From Candidatus Latescibacterota bacterium (GTDB taxonomy: Bacteria; Latescibacterota; UBA2968; UBA8231): a DNA stretch of 64,000 bases. The position numbers were made by a program, and so were the translations under genes. Numbering within the stretch: position 1 is the first letter of the stretch; each line of letters starts with the position of its first letter. The notes below the pieces were generated by a model. The model did no database searches and was not told the origin of the DNA. It saw only the letters and a program-made list of their open reading frames with translations. This document shows, one piece after another, positions 51,707 to 62,040 of this stretch. The stretch is from contig CBDBIJ010000015.1 of NCBI GenBank assembly GCA_965205655.1, positions 64,001 through 128,000 of the forward strand, written 5' to 3'.

Positions 51707-52863
51707 CCGACCTCGGCGGTAGCGATGGCCTGCTCCTCGTCGGCGACAGCGAACGCAGTGCGGACCTGTACTACGCCACCAAGTTCAGGGCTCCCGATCC
51801 ATTCGTCTTTCTCGACACCGGCGCAAAGACCTACCTCCTCATCGGCGACCTCGAGCTCGATCGCGCCCGGCAGCAGGCCGAGGTCGACGAGGTCCTGTCT
51901 GTCTCTCACTACGCCAGGCAGGTCAAAAAATCGAAGGGCGGCACGGACACGAGCGGGCCTTCCCGCACACACCAGATCCTCCTGGCAGCTCTCGAAGACG
52001 TCGGGGGCCGCATTCGATCGCTGCGGGTGCCGGCGCAGTTTCCGCTGGAGACCGCCGACTTTCTGCGCCGTTCGGGAATCCGGTTGGAAGTCGTTGCACC
52101 GCCGCTCTTCGAGCAGCGAAGCATCAAGCAACCTCACGAAGTCGAGGCCATCCGCGGTGCTCTGCGCGCCGCCGAGACCGGCATGGGCGCCGCCCTCGAG
52201 GCGATTGAGCAGGCTCGAGTTGAGGAATCGGGCGTCCTTTCGCTCGAAGGCGAACAGCTCACCTCCCAGCGGCTGCGACGCCTCATCCATCACACTCTGC
52301 TCGAAGAGGACTGCAGCGCCCGCCACACGATCGTCGCCTGTGGCGACGATGGCTGCGATCCCCACTGTGAGGGCAGCGGTCCGCTGGTCGCTGACCGACC
52401 CATCATTATCGATATCTTCCCGCAGTCTGACTCGAGCGGCTACTACGGAGACCTGACACGCACCTTCGTGAAAGGTGATGCCGGTGACGACCTCCGCCGC
52501 GCCTACGAGGCCGTTCTGGCGGCACAGCAGGTCGCCTTCGATCGCCTCGGCGATGACCGCGACGGAAGCGAGATTCACAAGGCCGTCGAGCAGTCTTTCT
52601 CCGCGCGTGGATACGAGACCGGGGAACGCAACGGCCGTCTACAGGGATTCTTCCACGGCACAGGCCACGGGCTTGGGTTGGACATTCACGAGGCCCCCAG
52701 CGTAGGTCCTCGACATGACATTCTTCGCGCTGGTCAGATTGTGACGGTCGAGCCGGGTCTGTACTATCTGGGCCTGGGAGGCGTGCGGCTCGAGGACGTC
52801 GTTCGCGTGACCGAGAACGGGCACGAGAATCTTACCCGGTTCCCCAAGGTACTGGAGGTGTAA
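51703..52863 (+). CDS. Xaa-Pro aminopeptidase (M24B)
   Basis: DLTRT, HGTGHGLGLDIHE, VEPGLY, GVRLED. Confidence 0.93.
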   Translation: MTDLGGSDGLLLVGDSERSADLYYATKFRAPDPFVFLDTGAKTYLLIGDLELDRARQQAEVDEVLSVSHYARQVKKSKGGTDTSGPSRTHQILLAALEDVGGRIRSLRVPAQFPLETADFLRRSGIRLEVVAPPLFEQRSIKQPHEVEAIRGALRAAETGMGAALEAIEQARVEESGVLSLEGEQLTSQRLRRLIHHTLLEEDCSARHTIVACGDDGCDPHCEGSGPLVADRPIIIDIFPQSDSSGYYGDLTRTFVKGDAGDDLRRAYEAVLAAQQVAFDRLGDDRDGSEIHKAVEQSFSARGYETGERNGRLQGFFHGTGHGLGLDIHEAPSVGPRHDILRAGQIVTVEPGLYYLGLGGVRLEDVVRVTENGHENLTRFPKVLEV

Positions 52864-52941
52864 GGGATTTGCAGCAGCAGGCGCAAATGATCAGATTCTG
52901 CACTGTTGACGCATTGTTTCTCGCCCCATCCGGATCGATCA

Positions 52942-53388
52942 ATGTCACGACTCAAGTTTCTTCTCGGCTCTACCGTCATCGCTTCGGGCCTCGCCTTCCT
53001 CGTCATCACCGGCGTTCAGGAGTCGGCAGCGCACCATATGACCCTGTCGATGTTGATGGAGCGAAGCACTAGCCTGGACGTGGGTGACAGGCGGATCCAG
53101 CTGGGCGGCTGCACTGTGGTGGCCGGATCCATCCGCTGGGACGATTACCGACATCGCCCGGAGTTCACTGTCACGGACGGTGATCGGACTCTCGAGGTGC
53201 GCTACACCGGCAGCGGCCTGCTGCCAGACACGTTTCAGGACGACGCCCTCGTCGTTTTGGAGGGCCGTCTCGTGCCCGGCCACGAGGGCTTCGACGCCGA
53301 CCTCGTCTACGCTAAGTGTCCCTCCAAGTACGAGGGGCAGAGCTACGAAGGTCACGTCGAGGCCATGAACCAGACCGGCAGCTTGTGA
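52942..53388 (+). CDS. ccmE: Heme chaperone CcmE, CxxxY variant
   Basis: N-terminal TM, YTG..LPDTF, AKCPSKY. Confidence 0.9.
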   Translation: MSRLKFLLGSTVIASGLAFLVITGVQESAAHHMTLSMLMERSTSLDVGDRRIQLGGCTVVAGSIRWDDYRHRPEFTVTDGDRTLEVRYTGSGLLPDTFQDDALVVLEGRLVPGHEGFDADLVYAKCPSKYEGQSYEGHVEAMNQTGSL

Positions 53389-53428
53389 CCGACCTCTTCA
53401 CGTCTGCCCGAAGATTGATCCCCAACAC

Positions 53429-55474
53429 TTGAGCCCCGCCATCGACATCGGGTACTTCGCCCTCTGTCTCGCCCTCGCGGCGTCCGCCTATGCCATGGTC
53501 GTGTGCGGTCTGGGTGGCCACATCCGTGACGAAGGGCTCATCCGCAGTGGCGAGAACGCCGCCCTGGCACACCTCGGGCTGCTGACAGTCGCGGTAGTCT
53601 GCCTGTGGCATCTGCTGATCAGTGGTGACTTCCGGGTGGCGTATGTCGCAGAAAACACGAATCTGTCGCTGCCTCCGATCTACCTGATCGCCTCTCTGTG
53701 GGGAGGACAGAACGGATCACTCTTGTTCTGGGGGTGGATCCTGGCCCTGTACACAGCGCTGTTTCTCAGTCTCAATCGCCATCGCTACCGCACCCTCATG
53801 CCGTTTGCGGTAGCCGTCCTGTCAGCCACGAGCTGCTTTTTCGTCGTCCTCGTTCTTTTCGCTGCCGACCCCTTTGAAACACTCCCTTTCGTCCCAGCAG
53901 ACGGCAGCGGACTCAATCCGATCCTGCAGCATCCCCTTATGGCCATCCACCCACCCATGCTCTACGCCGGCATGGTTGGCCTGTCCGTTCCCTACGCGCT
54001 CGCCATCGCCGCGCTCCTGTCACGGCAGCTCGATGCTACCTGGTTGCGGGCGGCGCGACGCTGGCTCCTCGTCCCCTGGATGATTCTGGGCTCAGGTCTG
54101 TTGCTGGGGGGCAAGTGGGCCTACGTCGAGCTGGGGTGGGGTGGCTACTGGGGGTGGGACCCGGTGGAGAACGCCTCCTTCATGCCGTGGCTGGCGGGCA
54201 CGGCGCTCATCCACTCGATCATGATCCAGGAGCGCAAGGGGATGCTGAAAATGTGGAACATGATTCTCGTGTTCTTCACCTACGGCATGACGATCTTCGG
54301 CACGACGCTGACACGCAGCGGCTTGGTCGAGTCCGTCCATTCCTTCGCGCGTTCTCGCGTTGGGCCTTTCTTCACCGTCTTCCTGCTCGTCGTCGGCCTG
54401 TCTTCCGTCGCCCTTTTGTGGAGCCGTCGACGTGAGCTGCGCGCTGAGAGCCGGCTCGAGGCGTTTGCCTCGCGGGAATCCGCCTTTCTGCTCAACAACT
54501 GGATTCTCCTGGGGATGTTGTTCGCCGTGTTGTGGGGCACGCTCTTTCCGGTGATTTCTGAGGCCTTTACCGGTGAAAAGATCACCGTCTCGGCACCGTT
54601 CTTCAACCAGGTGAGCGTACCCATCGGGCTGGTCCTGCTACTGCTGACGGGTGCCGGTCCTCTGTTCGCATGGCGCCGCACATCGACGGAGAGCCTGCAG
54701 CGCAACTTTCCAATACCTGTGTCGGTGGCTGCCGCCGCGGCGGTACTGCTGGGGCTCGCGGGTGTCGGGGACATGTACGCGATCACGTCGCTATCTCTGT
54801 GCGCCTTCGTCGCCGCTGCCATCGGCCTCGAATTTCACCGCGGTGCCACGGCCCGGTGCCGTACCAGCGGTGAACGCTACCTGCGCGGCATATACGGACT
54901 TCTGAGCAAGAGCCGGCGGCGCTACGGCGGCTACCTCGTGCACGTGGCGATCGTCATGCTCTTCGTCGGCTTCACCGGCAAGGCCTTCACCACCGAGAAG
55001 GAGCTCGTCCTTCGGTATGGGGAGTCTGAGCAGATCGGAAACTACACCCTTACCTACGAGTCCCTGGCCTTCAGCGAGGACGCGAACAAGAAGGCGACGA
55101 CGGCGGCGCTCAGTCTCGACGAAGACGGAGAGTTTGTTTGTACTCTCCTACCAGAGCGTCACTTCTATAAAGTCTCCGAGCAGGGAACGACTGAGGTGGC
55201 GATCTACTCCTCCACGCGGGAAGACTTCTACCTCGTCCTCGTGGGAGCAGCCGAGGACAACAGCGCTAAGTTCCAGATCTACGTGAACCCACTAGTGAAC
55301 TGGGTCTGGGTCGGAGGCCTCTGTTTCATCCTCGGAACAATGTGGTGTGTCTGGCCCACAGCTCGAGAGCGCCGCCTCGCAGCCATGGAACGATCGCGCA
55401 GCCGCGTCGCCGAAGGAGACGAGAGGTGGCCGGCGGAGGCGGAATTGGTCGCACCGGTTCCGTCTTCCCGCTGA
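53429..55474 (+). CDS. ccmF: Cytochrome c heme lyase CcmF
   Basis: LWGGQNGSLLFW, HPPMLY, WGGYWGWDPVEN, SVHSF. Confidence 0.96.
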   Translation: MSPAIDIGYFALCLALAASAYAMVVCGLGGHIRDEGLIRSGENAALAHLGLLTVAVVCLWHLLISGDFRVAYVAENTNLSLPPIYLIASLWGGQNGSLLFWGWILALYTALFLSLNRHRYRTLMPFAVAVLSATSCFFVVLVLFAADPFETLPFVPADGSGLNPILQHPLMAIHPPMLYAGMVGLSVPYALAIAALLSRQLDATWLRAARRWLLVPWMILGSGLLLGGKWAYVELGWGGYWGWDPVENASFMPWLAGTALIHSIMIQERKGMLKMWNMILVFFTYGMTIFGTTLTRSGLVESVHSFARSRVGPFFTVFLLVVGLSSVALLWSRRRELRAESRLEAFASRESAFLLNNWILLGMLFAVLWGTLFPVISEAFTGEKITVSAPFFNQVSVPIGLVLLLLTGAGPLFAWRRTSTESLQRNFPIPVSVAAAAAVLLGLAGVGDMYAITSLSLCAFVAAAIGLEFHRGATARCRTSGERYLRGIYGLLSKSRRRYGGYLVHVAIVMLFVGFTGKAFTTEKELVLRYGESEQIGNYTLTYESLAFSEDANKKATTAALSLDEDGEFVCTLLPERHFYKVSEQGTTEVAIYSSTREDFYLVLVGAAEDNSAKFQIYVNPLVNWVWVGGLCFILGTMWCVWPTARERRLAAMERSRSRVAEGDERWPAEAELVAPVPSSR

Positions 55475-55495
55475 CGGCTCCGGAGGTAGCACGCC

Positions 55496-55993
55496 GTGTC
55501 GACTCCCTCACCTATCGCGATGTTCGGCCTCATCTGCATGAGCCTGAACATCGCAACAGCGGCACCGACGCCGGAGCAGATCAAGCACGTTGCCGCTGAG
55601 ATGGTCTGTCTGTGCGGCAATTGCAACCGCCAGTCGCTGGCCACCTGCATCTGTCCCGACTTCGCCGTGCCCGAGCGCGGGAGAATCGGCCAGATGCTGG
55701 AAGCCGGCAGGACTCCACAGCAGATCGTCGATGAGTATGTCGATGAGTTCGGTAGGCATATTCTGGCGGCGCCACCGGCGCAGGGCTACTCACTCATCGC
55801 CTGGATCGGGCCGTTCGTCGGCCTCGCCGCCGGGTTTTTTGCCGTCAGGGCCGTGCTCGGCAGATGGCGTCGCCTGACAACCGGATCCGCCGATCGAGCC
55901 GCGTCGACCCCCACCCCCCAAGAGCGCGGGGAATTGTCGCGCTACCAGGCGCGCCTCAGACGGGAACTTGACGACTTTGACGAGGAGTCGTAA
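55496..55993 (+). CDS. ccmH: CcmH-like cytochrome c maturation protein
   Basis: Cys cluster CLCGNC..CIC, ..G....I...V..FG..IL..PP, WIGP TM. Confidence 0.8.
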   Translation: MSTPSPIAMFGLICMSLNIATAAPTPEQIKHVAAEMVCLCGNCNRQSLATCICPDFAVPERGRIGQMLEAGRTPQQIVDEYVDEFGRHILAAPPAQGYSLIAWIGPFVGLAAGFFAVRAVLGRWRRLTTGSADRAASTPTPQERGELSRYQARLRRELDDFDEES

Positions 55994-56005
55994 AGCGGGG
56001 TCTAG

Positions 56006-56467
56006 GTGAATCCCCTCACCGTCGCCACCTGTGGAGCCATCGTCGGCTGCCTGCTGCTCGCCGTCGGCTATCCCCTCATCTTATCAAGGTCGACGAGGGC
56101 ACGTCTACCTCCGGATCGGCGCTGGTCGCTCGCCGAGCAGAGGGACCTGGCCTACGCCTCGATTCGAGAGCTGGATTTCGACCACGCCGTCAGCAAGGTG
56201 AACGACGAAGACTATCGACAGCAGCGGGCCACCTTGGAGGAGTCCGCCGTGGCCATCCTGCGCCAGCTCGACCAGCTCGACGGATCCGATCCCGCCGACG
56301 CCGAACAACGGGTCACGGCGGATGTTGCCGCTTTGTGGGGCGGCGGCCCCGATCGCGTTGACCCGGCTGAAGCGCTTGGAGATTCGTGCCCTTCCTGCGG
56401 CGGCAGCAGGGCGTCCGATCACCGCTTCTGTCCGCACTGCGGCGCGCGCCTGCATGTGGCCGGATAG
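56006..56467 (+). CDS. CcmI-like N-terminal domain + zinc ribbon protein
   Basis: IRELDFD...K...EDY motif; CPSC...FCPHCG. Confidence 0.75.
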   Translation: MNPLTVATCGAIVGCLLLAVGYPLILSRSTRARLPPDRRWSLAEQRDLAYASIRELDFDHAVSKVNDEDYRQQRATLEESAVAILRQLDQLDGSDPADAEQRVTADVAALWGGGPDRVDPAEALGDSCPSCGGSRASDHRFCPHCGARLHVAG

Positions 56468-57665
56468 GTCTCGCACCGGGCAGCGCCGACGGCGGCTCCT
56501 GGCGACAGCGCTCGCCACTGCGCTAAGTGTCCTGCCGCTACCGGTGGCAGCCGAAACGGTCAGGGGATATGTCATCGACCCCACCACGAACGCGGCGGTG
56601 CCGCACGCCGAGGTCGCCTTCCTTCTCTCCGGCGAGGAGGGTCTCACCGAGATCCTCCGCAAAACGGCGGATACCGAGGGTCGCTTCGCTTTTTCCGGAC
56701 CCTTTCTCACACCGGGGTTGAGATTCATCCTCGTCGCCTTCCACCGGGGCATCCCGTACCCAACGAGTCGGCTCGAGCTTGGAGAGCAGACGGAAGTCAT
56801 TCTCGAAGTGTTCGAGCCGACCTCCGACACATCCCACATCCATGTCGGCATCCATCATCTCTTCCTGTCGCTGCGTCCCGAGGTCATCGAAGTCGCTCAA
56901 CATCTGCACGTGGAGAACGGTAGCTCACGGACCTATATCGGCGTTGGAAAAGGTGCTGAGCGCCGGGTTACAGAGTTTCGATTGCCCGAAGGCCTTTTCG
57001 GTTTGCAGGGACACTCCGGTCAAATGGTGCCGCTGGAGGGCGAAAATCGCTTCGCACACTCTCAACCTCTCGTCCCGGGAACGACTCGAATCGCCTTCTC
57101 CTTCTTTCTGGACTCCGAGCGGTTCGACGGTGTGTACGGACACGTCGCCCCGTTTCCCACCCAAGCCCTCGAGGTCTACGTCCACCCTCCGGATATCGAT
57201 TTGGGGCCACCGTTCGAGGATCTCGGGCTGCCGACCGTCCCGCACGACCAACCCTATCGCCGATTCCGAATAGAGGGCCTCGTCGCCGGCCAGCACCTCG
57301 ACATCTCACTGCCGCTGCAACGCTCACGCCGCTGGGCCCTGAAGTGGGCCGCTCTCGGCCTGGCGCTGTTGGGCAGCGGCGCCGCCTTCGCGGGCAGCCG
57401 AGCCGGACGCTCCGCCCCGCCTGCGGAACCGTCCGCCGCACTCGACATAGCGGAGCTGGCGCCAGTCGCGGGCGTGGATCCGCGAGCCGACCGCGCCGAG
57501 CTGGAACAGCTGCGTCGCCAGTTGCTCGCCGAGCTGGCCGCCTATGGCAGGAAGGCGACTCGCGGCTGCGCCGATGGCTACGACGAGCGCATGGATCGAG
57601 CCGTCGCTGTTTATCGCCTCCTTGACCAGATCGGATCGTGCGGGAAAGCCGGGTCGCGCCGGTGA
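56454..57665 (+). CDS. Exported protein with carboxypeptidase-regulatory-like domain and C-terminal TM (ccm-associated)
   Basis: Signal peptide, V.G.V.D...ADTEGRFAF, late TM and short coiled tail. Confidence 0.7.
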   Translation: MWPDRSRTGQRRRRLLATALATALSVLPLPVAAETVRGYVIDPTTNAAVPHAEVAFLLSGEEGLTEILRKTADTEGRFAFSGPFLTPGLRFILVAFHRGIPYPTSRLELGEQTEVILEVFEPTSDTSHIHVGIHHLFLSLRPEVIEVAQHLHVENGSSRTYIGVGKGAERRVTEFRLPEGLFGLQGHSGQMVPLEGENRFAHSQPLVPGTTRIAFSFFLDSERFDGVYGHVAPFPTQALEVYVHPPDIDLGPPFEDLGLPTVPHDQPYRRFRIEGLVAGQHLDISLPLQRSRRWALKWAALGLALLGSGAAFAGSRAGRSAPPAEPSAALDIAELAPVAGVDPRADRAELEQLRRQLLAELAAYGRKATRGCADGYDERMDRAVAVYRLLDQIGSCGKAGSRR

Positions 57666-58366
57666 CGGTTATTTCTCTCGAGCGGGTCTGCAAGCAGTTT
57701 GGGCATGTCACCGCTTTGGAAGAGATCCACTTCCGACTCGATCGCGGTTCGTTTACCCTGCTGACTGGTGCCAACGGCACCGGCAAAACGACGCTCCTGC
57801 GGCTCGTGGCAGGACTGACTCGCCCCACTCGGGGCCGCGTTCAACTGAACGGGGCCGATCCTGCCGACGGCGAAGCGAGGGTGGACATCGGCCTGGTGTC
57901 ACATCAGCCAATGCTCTACGACGGGCTCACGGGTCGGGAGAATCTGATTTTTTTCGCCCGCCTCTACGGCCTCGAAAACGCCGACGCACGAGTAGACGAG
58001 GCGCTTCAATGGGTAGGACTTCACCCCCTCGAATCCAGGCGCAGCGGGCTCCTCTCCCGGGGATGGAGGCAGCGACTGGCTCTGGCACGGGCGACTTTGC
58101 ACAGGCCGTCCGTGCTGTTGCTGGACGAGCCGCTCAGCGGTCTCGATCGGGCGGGCGTGGACACTGTCCGCAGCCGCCTCGGTGAGCTCAAAGCGAGTGG
58201 TGTCACCGTTATCGCCGCGACACACCGATTCGGAGAGATGGCCGATTTTGTGGACTCGCTCGTCGTTTTGCGGAGAAGCCAACCGCATCACGTTTCCAGT
58301 TGGAACGGCACGAGCGCCGAGCTTCACGCTAATTGTGATGCGCTACTCCAGGAGCGTTCTCTGTGA
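57638..58366 (+). CDS. ccmA: Heme exporter ATPase CcmA
   Basis: GANGTGKTT, LSRGWRQR, LLLDEP; position in ccm operon. Confidence 0.9.
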   Translation: MRESRVAPVTVISLERVCKQFGHVTALEEIHFRLDRGSFTLLTGANGTGKTTLLRLVAGLTRPTRGRVQLNGADPADGEARVDIGLVSHQPMLYDGLTGRENLIFFARLYGLENADARVDEALQWVGLHPLESRRSGLLSRGWRQRLALARATLHRPSVLLLDEPLSGLDRAGVDTVRSRLGELKASGVTVIAATHRFGEMADFVDSLVVLRRSQPHHVSSWNGTSAELHANCDALLQERSL

Positions 58367-59064
58367 GTCTGTGGGACCACAGCACCGCCATCCTGCGCAA
58401 AGACGTGCAGCTCGAACGGCGCACTCGAGAGCGGTTGATCCCCATGATCTTTTTCGTCCTCGTCGTTTTGCTCGCCTTCAATTTCGCCTTCGAGCTGGGG
58501 GGAGAGAATCTGGTCGCTATCGGTCCAGGCGTCCTGTGGGTAGGGTTCGTCTTCGCGAGCACACTTGGGCTCAACCGCACCTTTTCGGAGGAGCGGCACA
58601 ACGATGCCTTGGATGCCCTGAGGCTGGCGCCACTGAGCGGACCGGAGCTTTACCTGGGAAAAATGGCAGGCAACTTCCTTTTTTTGATAATCGTCGAGTC
58701 GGTCGGGTTGCCCCTGTTTGCCCTCTTCTTTAACGTTGCCGCTGGCTGGTACCTGCTGCCCCTAGGCCTCGTGCTTTTTCTCGGCTCGCTTGTGCTGGCC
58801 GCCGTGGGCACCCTCTTTGCCGCCGTGGCCGACCAGTCCCGGCTGCGCGAGTTCATGCTCCCGCTCCTGCTGCTCCCCGTCATCGTACCGGCGCTCATCT
58901 CGTGCGTCGAGGCTACGGCCGTCGTCCTCGGACAGGGCAGGCTGTCACCGGAGACCCCGCTGTGGCCACGGGAGCTGTGGCCTCACATTCAGATACTGGC
59001 CGCGTACGCCGTCGTGTTCACGACGCTCTCACTCATGCTGTTTGACTATGTTGTCGAAGAGTAG
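58363..59064 (+). CDS. ccmB: Heme exporter permease CcmB
   Basis: KDVQLE.R, PGVLW, F.EE....LD.L, LPLLLLP. Confidence 0.92.
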   Translation: MSLWDHSTAILRKDVQLERRTRERLIPMIFFVLVVLLAFNFAFELGGENLVAIGPGVLWVGFVFASTLGLNRTFSEERHNDALDALRLAPLSGPELYLGKMAGNFLFLIIVESVGLPLFALFFNVAAGWYLLPLGLVLFLGSLVLAAVGTLFAAVADQSRLREFMLPLLLLPVIVPALISCVEATAVVLGQGRLSPETPLWPRELWPHIQILAAYAVVFTTLSLMLFDYVVEE

Positions 59065-59074
59065 ACGATACTCC

Positions 59075-59773
59075 ATGCGTCCCGTCAGCTCCGCGATTCT
59101 TGATGTCGTCGTCCTCGCCGCTATGCTGGCGGCGATTTACTCCGTGTTCATGTATGTGCCTACCGAACGCCAAATGGGAGTTGTTCAGCGCATCTTCTAT
59201 TTCCACGTGCCGGCGGCGATGACGGCTTTTCTCGCCTTTGCCATCGTGTTCGGTGCGAGCATTCACTACCTGAGGACGAGCGAGGAACGATCGGACATGA
59301 TCGCTCAGGTGGCGGCAGAGTTGGGAGTTCTGTTCGGCCTCATCGTCCTCGTCACCGGGCCGCTGTGGGCCAAGCCAGTCTGGGGAGTGTTCTGGCGCTG
59401 GGAACCTCGGCTCACATCCATGCTCGTCACCCTGGCTATGTACGTCGCCTACCTGATGGTCCGGTCCTACAGCACCGCCTCCGAGAGCGGTACGCGGCGC
59501 GTGGCTGCGGTGCTTGGTGTCATCGCATTCGCGAATGTGCCCTTCGTCTACTACTCCGTTCACCTGTGGGCGCCAGAGCAGCAACTCCACCCAAGATCGG
59601 TGGAGTTGGCTCCCGAAATGGTTCGAGCTCGCTACCTGTGCACGGCAGCTTTCGCCGCACTGTTCCTCTACCTGCTGAAACGCGGCCTCGAGCAAGAGAA
59701 AATCGCCAGGCGGATCGATCGTCTGCGTCAGAAGAGACACAGCCGGGAGTCCGTCGCGGCGCCGCAGATGTAA
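59075..59773 (+). CDS. ccmC: CcmC heme exporter/chaperone loader
   Basis: RIFYFHVP, TGPLWAKPVWGVFWRWEPRLT, LHP. Confidence 0.93.
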   Translation: MRPVSSAILDVVVLAAMLAAIYSVFMYVPTERQMGVVQRIFYFHVPAAMTAFLAFAIVFGASIHYLRTSEERSDMIAQVAAELGVLFGLIVLVTGPLWAKPVWGVFWRWEPRLTSMLVTLAMYVAYLMVRSYSTASESGTRRVAAVLGVIAFANVPFVYYSVHLWAPEQQLHPRSVELAPEMVRARYLCTAAFAALFLYLLKRGLEQEKIARRIDRLRQKRHSRESVAAPQM

Positions 59774-59817
59774 AGCCGGCTCGACCGCCTTCCGATTACA
59801 ACAGAAAGGAACCTGCA

Positions 59818-59964
59818 GTGGAACAGGATGCGACCTTCCCGTACCTCTTCGCCGCCTATGGCGCCGTTTGGGTCATTCTGTTCGCCTATCTTGTGCGCCT
59901 CAAGCGCCGCGAGAAGCGCCTGTGGCAGGCCCTCGAGGAGGCGGAAAAGGCATCGGATGAATAG
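59818..59964 (+). CDS. ccmD: CcmD
   Basis: AAAGGA RBS; YLFAAYGAVWVILFAYLVRL plus charged tail. Confidence 0.85.
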   Translation: MEQDATFPYLFAAYGAVWVILFAYLVRLKRREKRLWQALEEAEKASDE

Positions 59965-59968
59965 TGCG

Positions 59969-59981
59969 TAACAGATTGATT
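59969..59981. promoter_or_regulatory. IHF-like binding site
   Basis: TAACAGATTGATT matches the reverse complement of WATCAA-N4-TTR. Confidence 0.45.
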
Positions 59982-60023
59982 ATATGTCTGGTTACGTGGC
60001 AGTAAAAGGTCTCCACAGGCAAG

Positions 60024-60053
60024 TTGACACCCCTTTTCGGGCCGTGTTATATT
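60024..60053 (+). promoter_or_regulatory. Putative sigma70 promoter
   Basis: TTGACA-18bp-TATATT with TG extension. Confidence 0.6.
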
Positions 60054-60114
60054 GTCGATCGGCTACACACACACGACCACTCGCCTCCTCCTGTGGCTCT
60101 CAGACGTGTGACAC

Positions 60115-60702
60115 ATGATCGAGATGGAAGTACATAGGGTGCAGCTGAGTGCCAAGGCCTACCACCGGGTCGTGCTCAAGGAAAAGGAGGGTGGCTCCGT
60201 CCTGCACATCGTCATCGGGCCCTCCGAGGCTCGCGCTATTTCCTTGGCACACAACGGACAGAGGCCGAAGCGACCGCTCAGCTATGATTTGGCTTGCGCC
60301 CTCCTCGACGAAGTCGACGCGAGGCTTCAGCGGGTCGAGATCACCGATTTGCAGGAAGGCATTTACTACGCGCAGGTCCTGCTCGAGAACGCAGAGGGCT
60401 CCACCTGGACCATCGATTCCCGTCCCAGCGATGCCATCGCCTTGGCTCTGCGCGCCAAAGTGCCGATTTTCGCCGCCGAGACAATTCTTGAGGACGAGGA
60501 ACAGGCCGAAGACCTGGCCCCCGCCAGCGATGAGGCTATCCCCTCGCCGAGCGAGTTGCTCGGACCTGCCGCGGATGGTGAGCCGCCGGCCGAGCTCGAT
60601 TTGCTGAGGCGCCGCCTCGGGCAAGCCGTGTCCGAGGAGGCCTACGAGGAGGCGGCGCGGCTTCGCGACCGCATCGCCGAACTTGAACAGAGAACGGGGT
60701 AA
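60115..60702 (+). CDS. Bifunctional nuclease (DUF151/BFN) domain + UVR motif protein
   Basis: IVIGPSEA, RPLSYDL, IDSRPSDAIALA, EAYEEAARLRDRI. Confidence 0.92.
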   Translation: MIEMEVHRVQLSAKAYHRVVLKEKEGGSVLHIVIGPSEARAISLAHNGQRPKRPLSYDLACALLDEVDARLQRVEITDLQEGIYYAQVLLENAEGSTWTIDSRPSDAIALALRAKVPIFAAETILEDEEQAEDLAPASDEAIPSPSELLGPAADGEPPAELDLLRRRLGQAVSEEAYEEAARLRDRIAELEQRTG

Positions 60703-60711
60703 CCGAGTGTC

Positions 60712-61503
60712 ATGAGCCGCAAGCACCGCCGGCGACTAGTCGAAACGACCGTCGTGCAGGTGAGTCCGTATTTGCGAGCCGAAAAGCCGCTCCTTTGGCT
60801 CTGCGAAAAGGACGCTCCGTCGCCCAGATTGCTGCCCATTGCCGTCGGTGAGTTCGAGGCGGCGGCGCTCCAGATGGGCCTGGGATGCGAAGAGCCGCTC
60901 AGGCCCATTTCATATGATCTGCTCACTACCATGCTGGAGCGACTCGACGTTCGTCTGCGACGAGTCGTCATCCACTCCGTGAAGGATCTCGTGTTCCTCG
61001 CCACCGTCGTCATCGAAGATGCCAGTCGCTTGCGGGAAGTGGACGCCAGACCGAGCGACGCCGTCGCCTTGGCGCTGCGCTCGGAGGCGCCGGTTTTCGT
61101 CTCCGACGAGTTGCTCGAACTGGCCGGACTATCGACCACCGGTGGGCGCAGTTCGGTCGAGGAGGCGGTGAGCAAATTCTACGATTTGGAGCCCCAGATC
61201 GTAGACGAGTCTGTCGCGGACGACCCTACAGCATCACCGGCCGTTGGCGAGTTGGCGCCGCTGCTGGGCGACCCGGCACTTCTCGAACACACTCCTCTTG
61301 CTGAGGAGGTCCAAGATGTCGGCGAGATACCCCATCCGTCGGCGGCTGCGCATCGCGTCCCGCCGCTTGCCAAAGGCTCTGACAGCGATACGCTCGTGCA
61401 GTTGCGCAGCCGGCTTCAGCAGGCGGTACTGTGCGAAGAGTACGAGGAAGCTGCCGCCCTGCGTGACCGGATTCGGCGTCTCGTCGATGAGTCGAAGCCG
61501 TAG
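60712..61503 (+). CDS. Second DUF151/BFN + UVR protein
   Basis: LPIAVGEFEA, RPISYDL, VDARPSDAVALA, EEYEEAAALRDRI. Confidence 0.92.
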   Translation: MSRKHRRRLVETTVVQVSPYLRAEKPLLWLCEKDAPSPRLLPIAVGEFEAAALQMGLGCEEPLRPISYDLLTTMLERLDVRLRRVVIHSVKDLVFLATVVIEDASRLREVDARPSDAVALALRSEAPVFVSDELLELAGLSTTGGRSSVEEAVSKFYDLEPQIVDESVADDPTASPAVGELAPLLGDPALLEHTPLAEEVQDVGEIPHPSAAAHRVPPLAKGSDSDTLVQLRSRLQQAVLCEEYEEAAALRDRIRRLVDESKP

Positions 61504-61978
61504 GTGCCCCGTCATCGCCAGAAAAGTCCTGGCTGTCGCCTGTGCCGCCGCTGCGTTGAATGCGGGCTGCGACGAGGTTGACCTCGAGTTCGGCACGCCC
61601 GCGTCCACCTACAAAACCTACGTGAAGAGGGTCCTCGCAGATGACCCCCACGGCGTGTGGGAGTGTTTCGCCGGGAGCTATCGAGCCAGCCAGTACGGTG
61701 GGAACTACGAGACCTGGAAGTCGGAGTGGCGCCGGACGGAAAGCGACCTCAAGCGAGCTGCCCGACGTCGAGAGATCGTCGAGGAACGCCCGATCGGGGA
61801 TCGCATCGGATTTCTGCGCTTCGACGCATCGACTTTGCCGAGCGAGGTGAGCCCTCACTTCTTCTATTTTATCCGTGACCCGGACGGCTGGAAGGTCACA
61901 ACCTACCTGGACAGCACCTTCCACGGCGAGCTCGAAGCCGCCATCGAGAGGGGAGAATTCGAGCTACTGCAGCTGTGA
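61487..61978 (+). CDS. Hypothetical lipoprotein (NTF2-like fold possible)
   Basis: Lipobox LNAGC; TP....K.Y and terminal DGWKV. Confidence 0.65.
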   Translation: MSRSRRCPVIARKVLAVACAAAALNAGCDEVDLEFGTPASTYKTYVKRVLADDPHGVWECFAGSYRASQYGGNYETWKSEWRRTESDLKRAARRREIVEERPIGDRIGFLRFDASTLPSEVSPHFFYFIRDPDGWKVTTYLDSTFHGELEAAIERGEFELLQL

Positions 61979-62040
61979 GTTGTCGGAATCGGGTACCCTG
62001 ACAAGTAAAGGGATTGGCAAACCATCCGATCTAGACAGAC

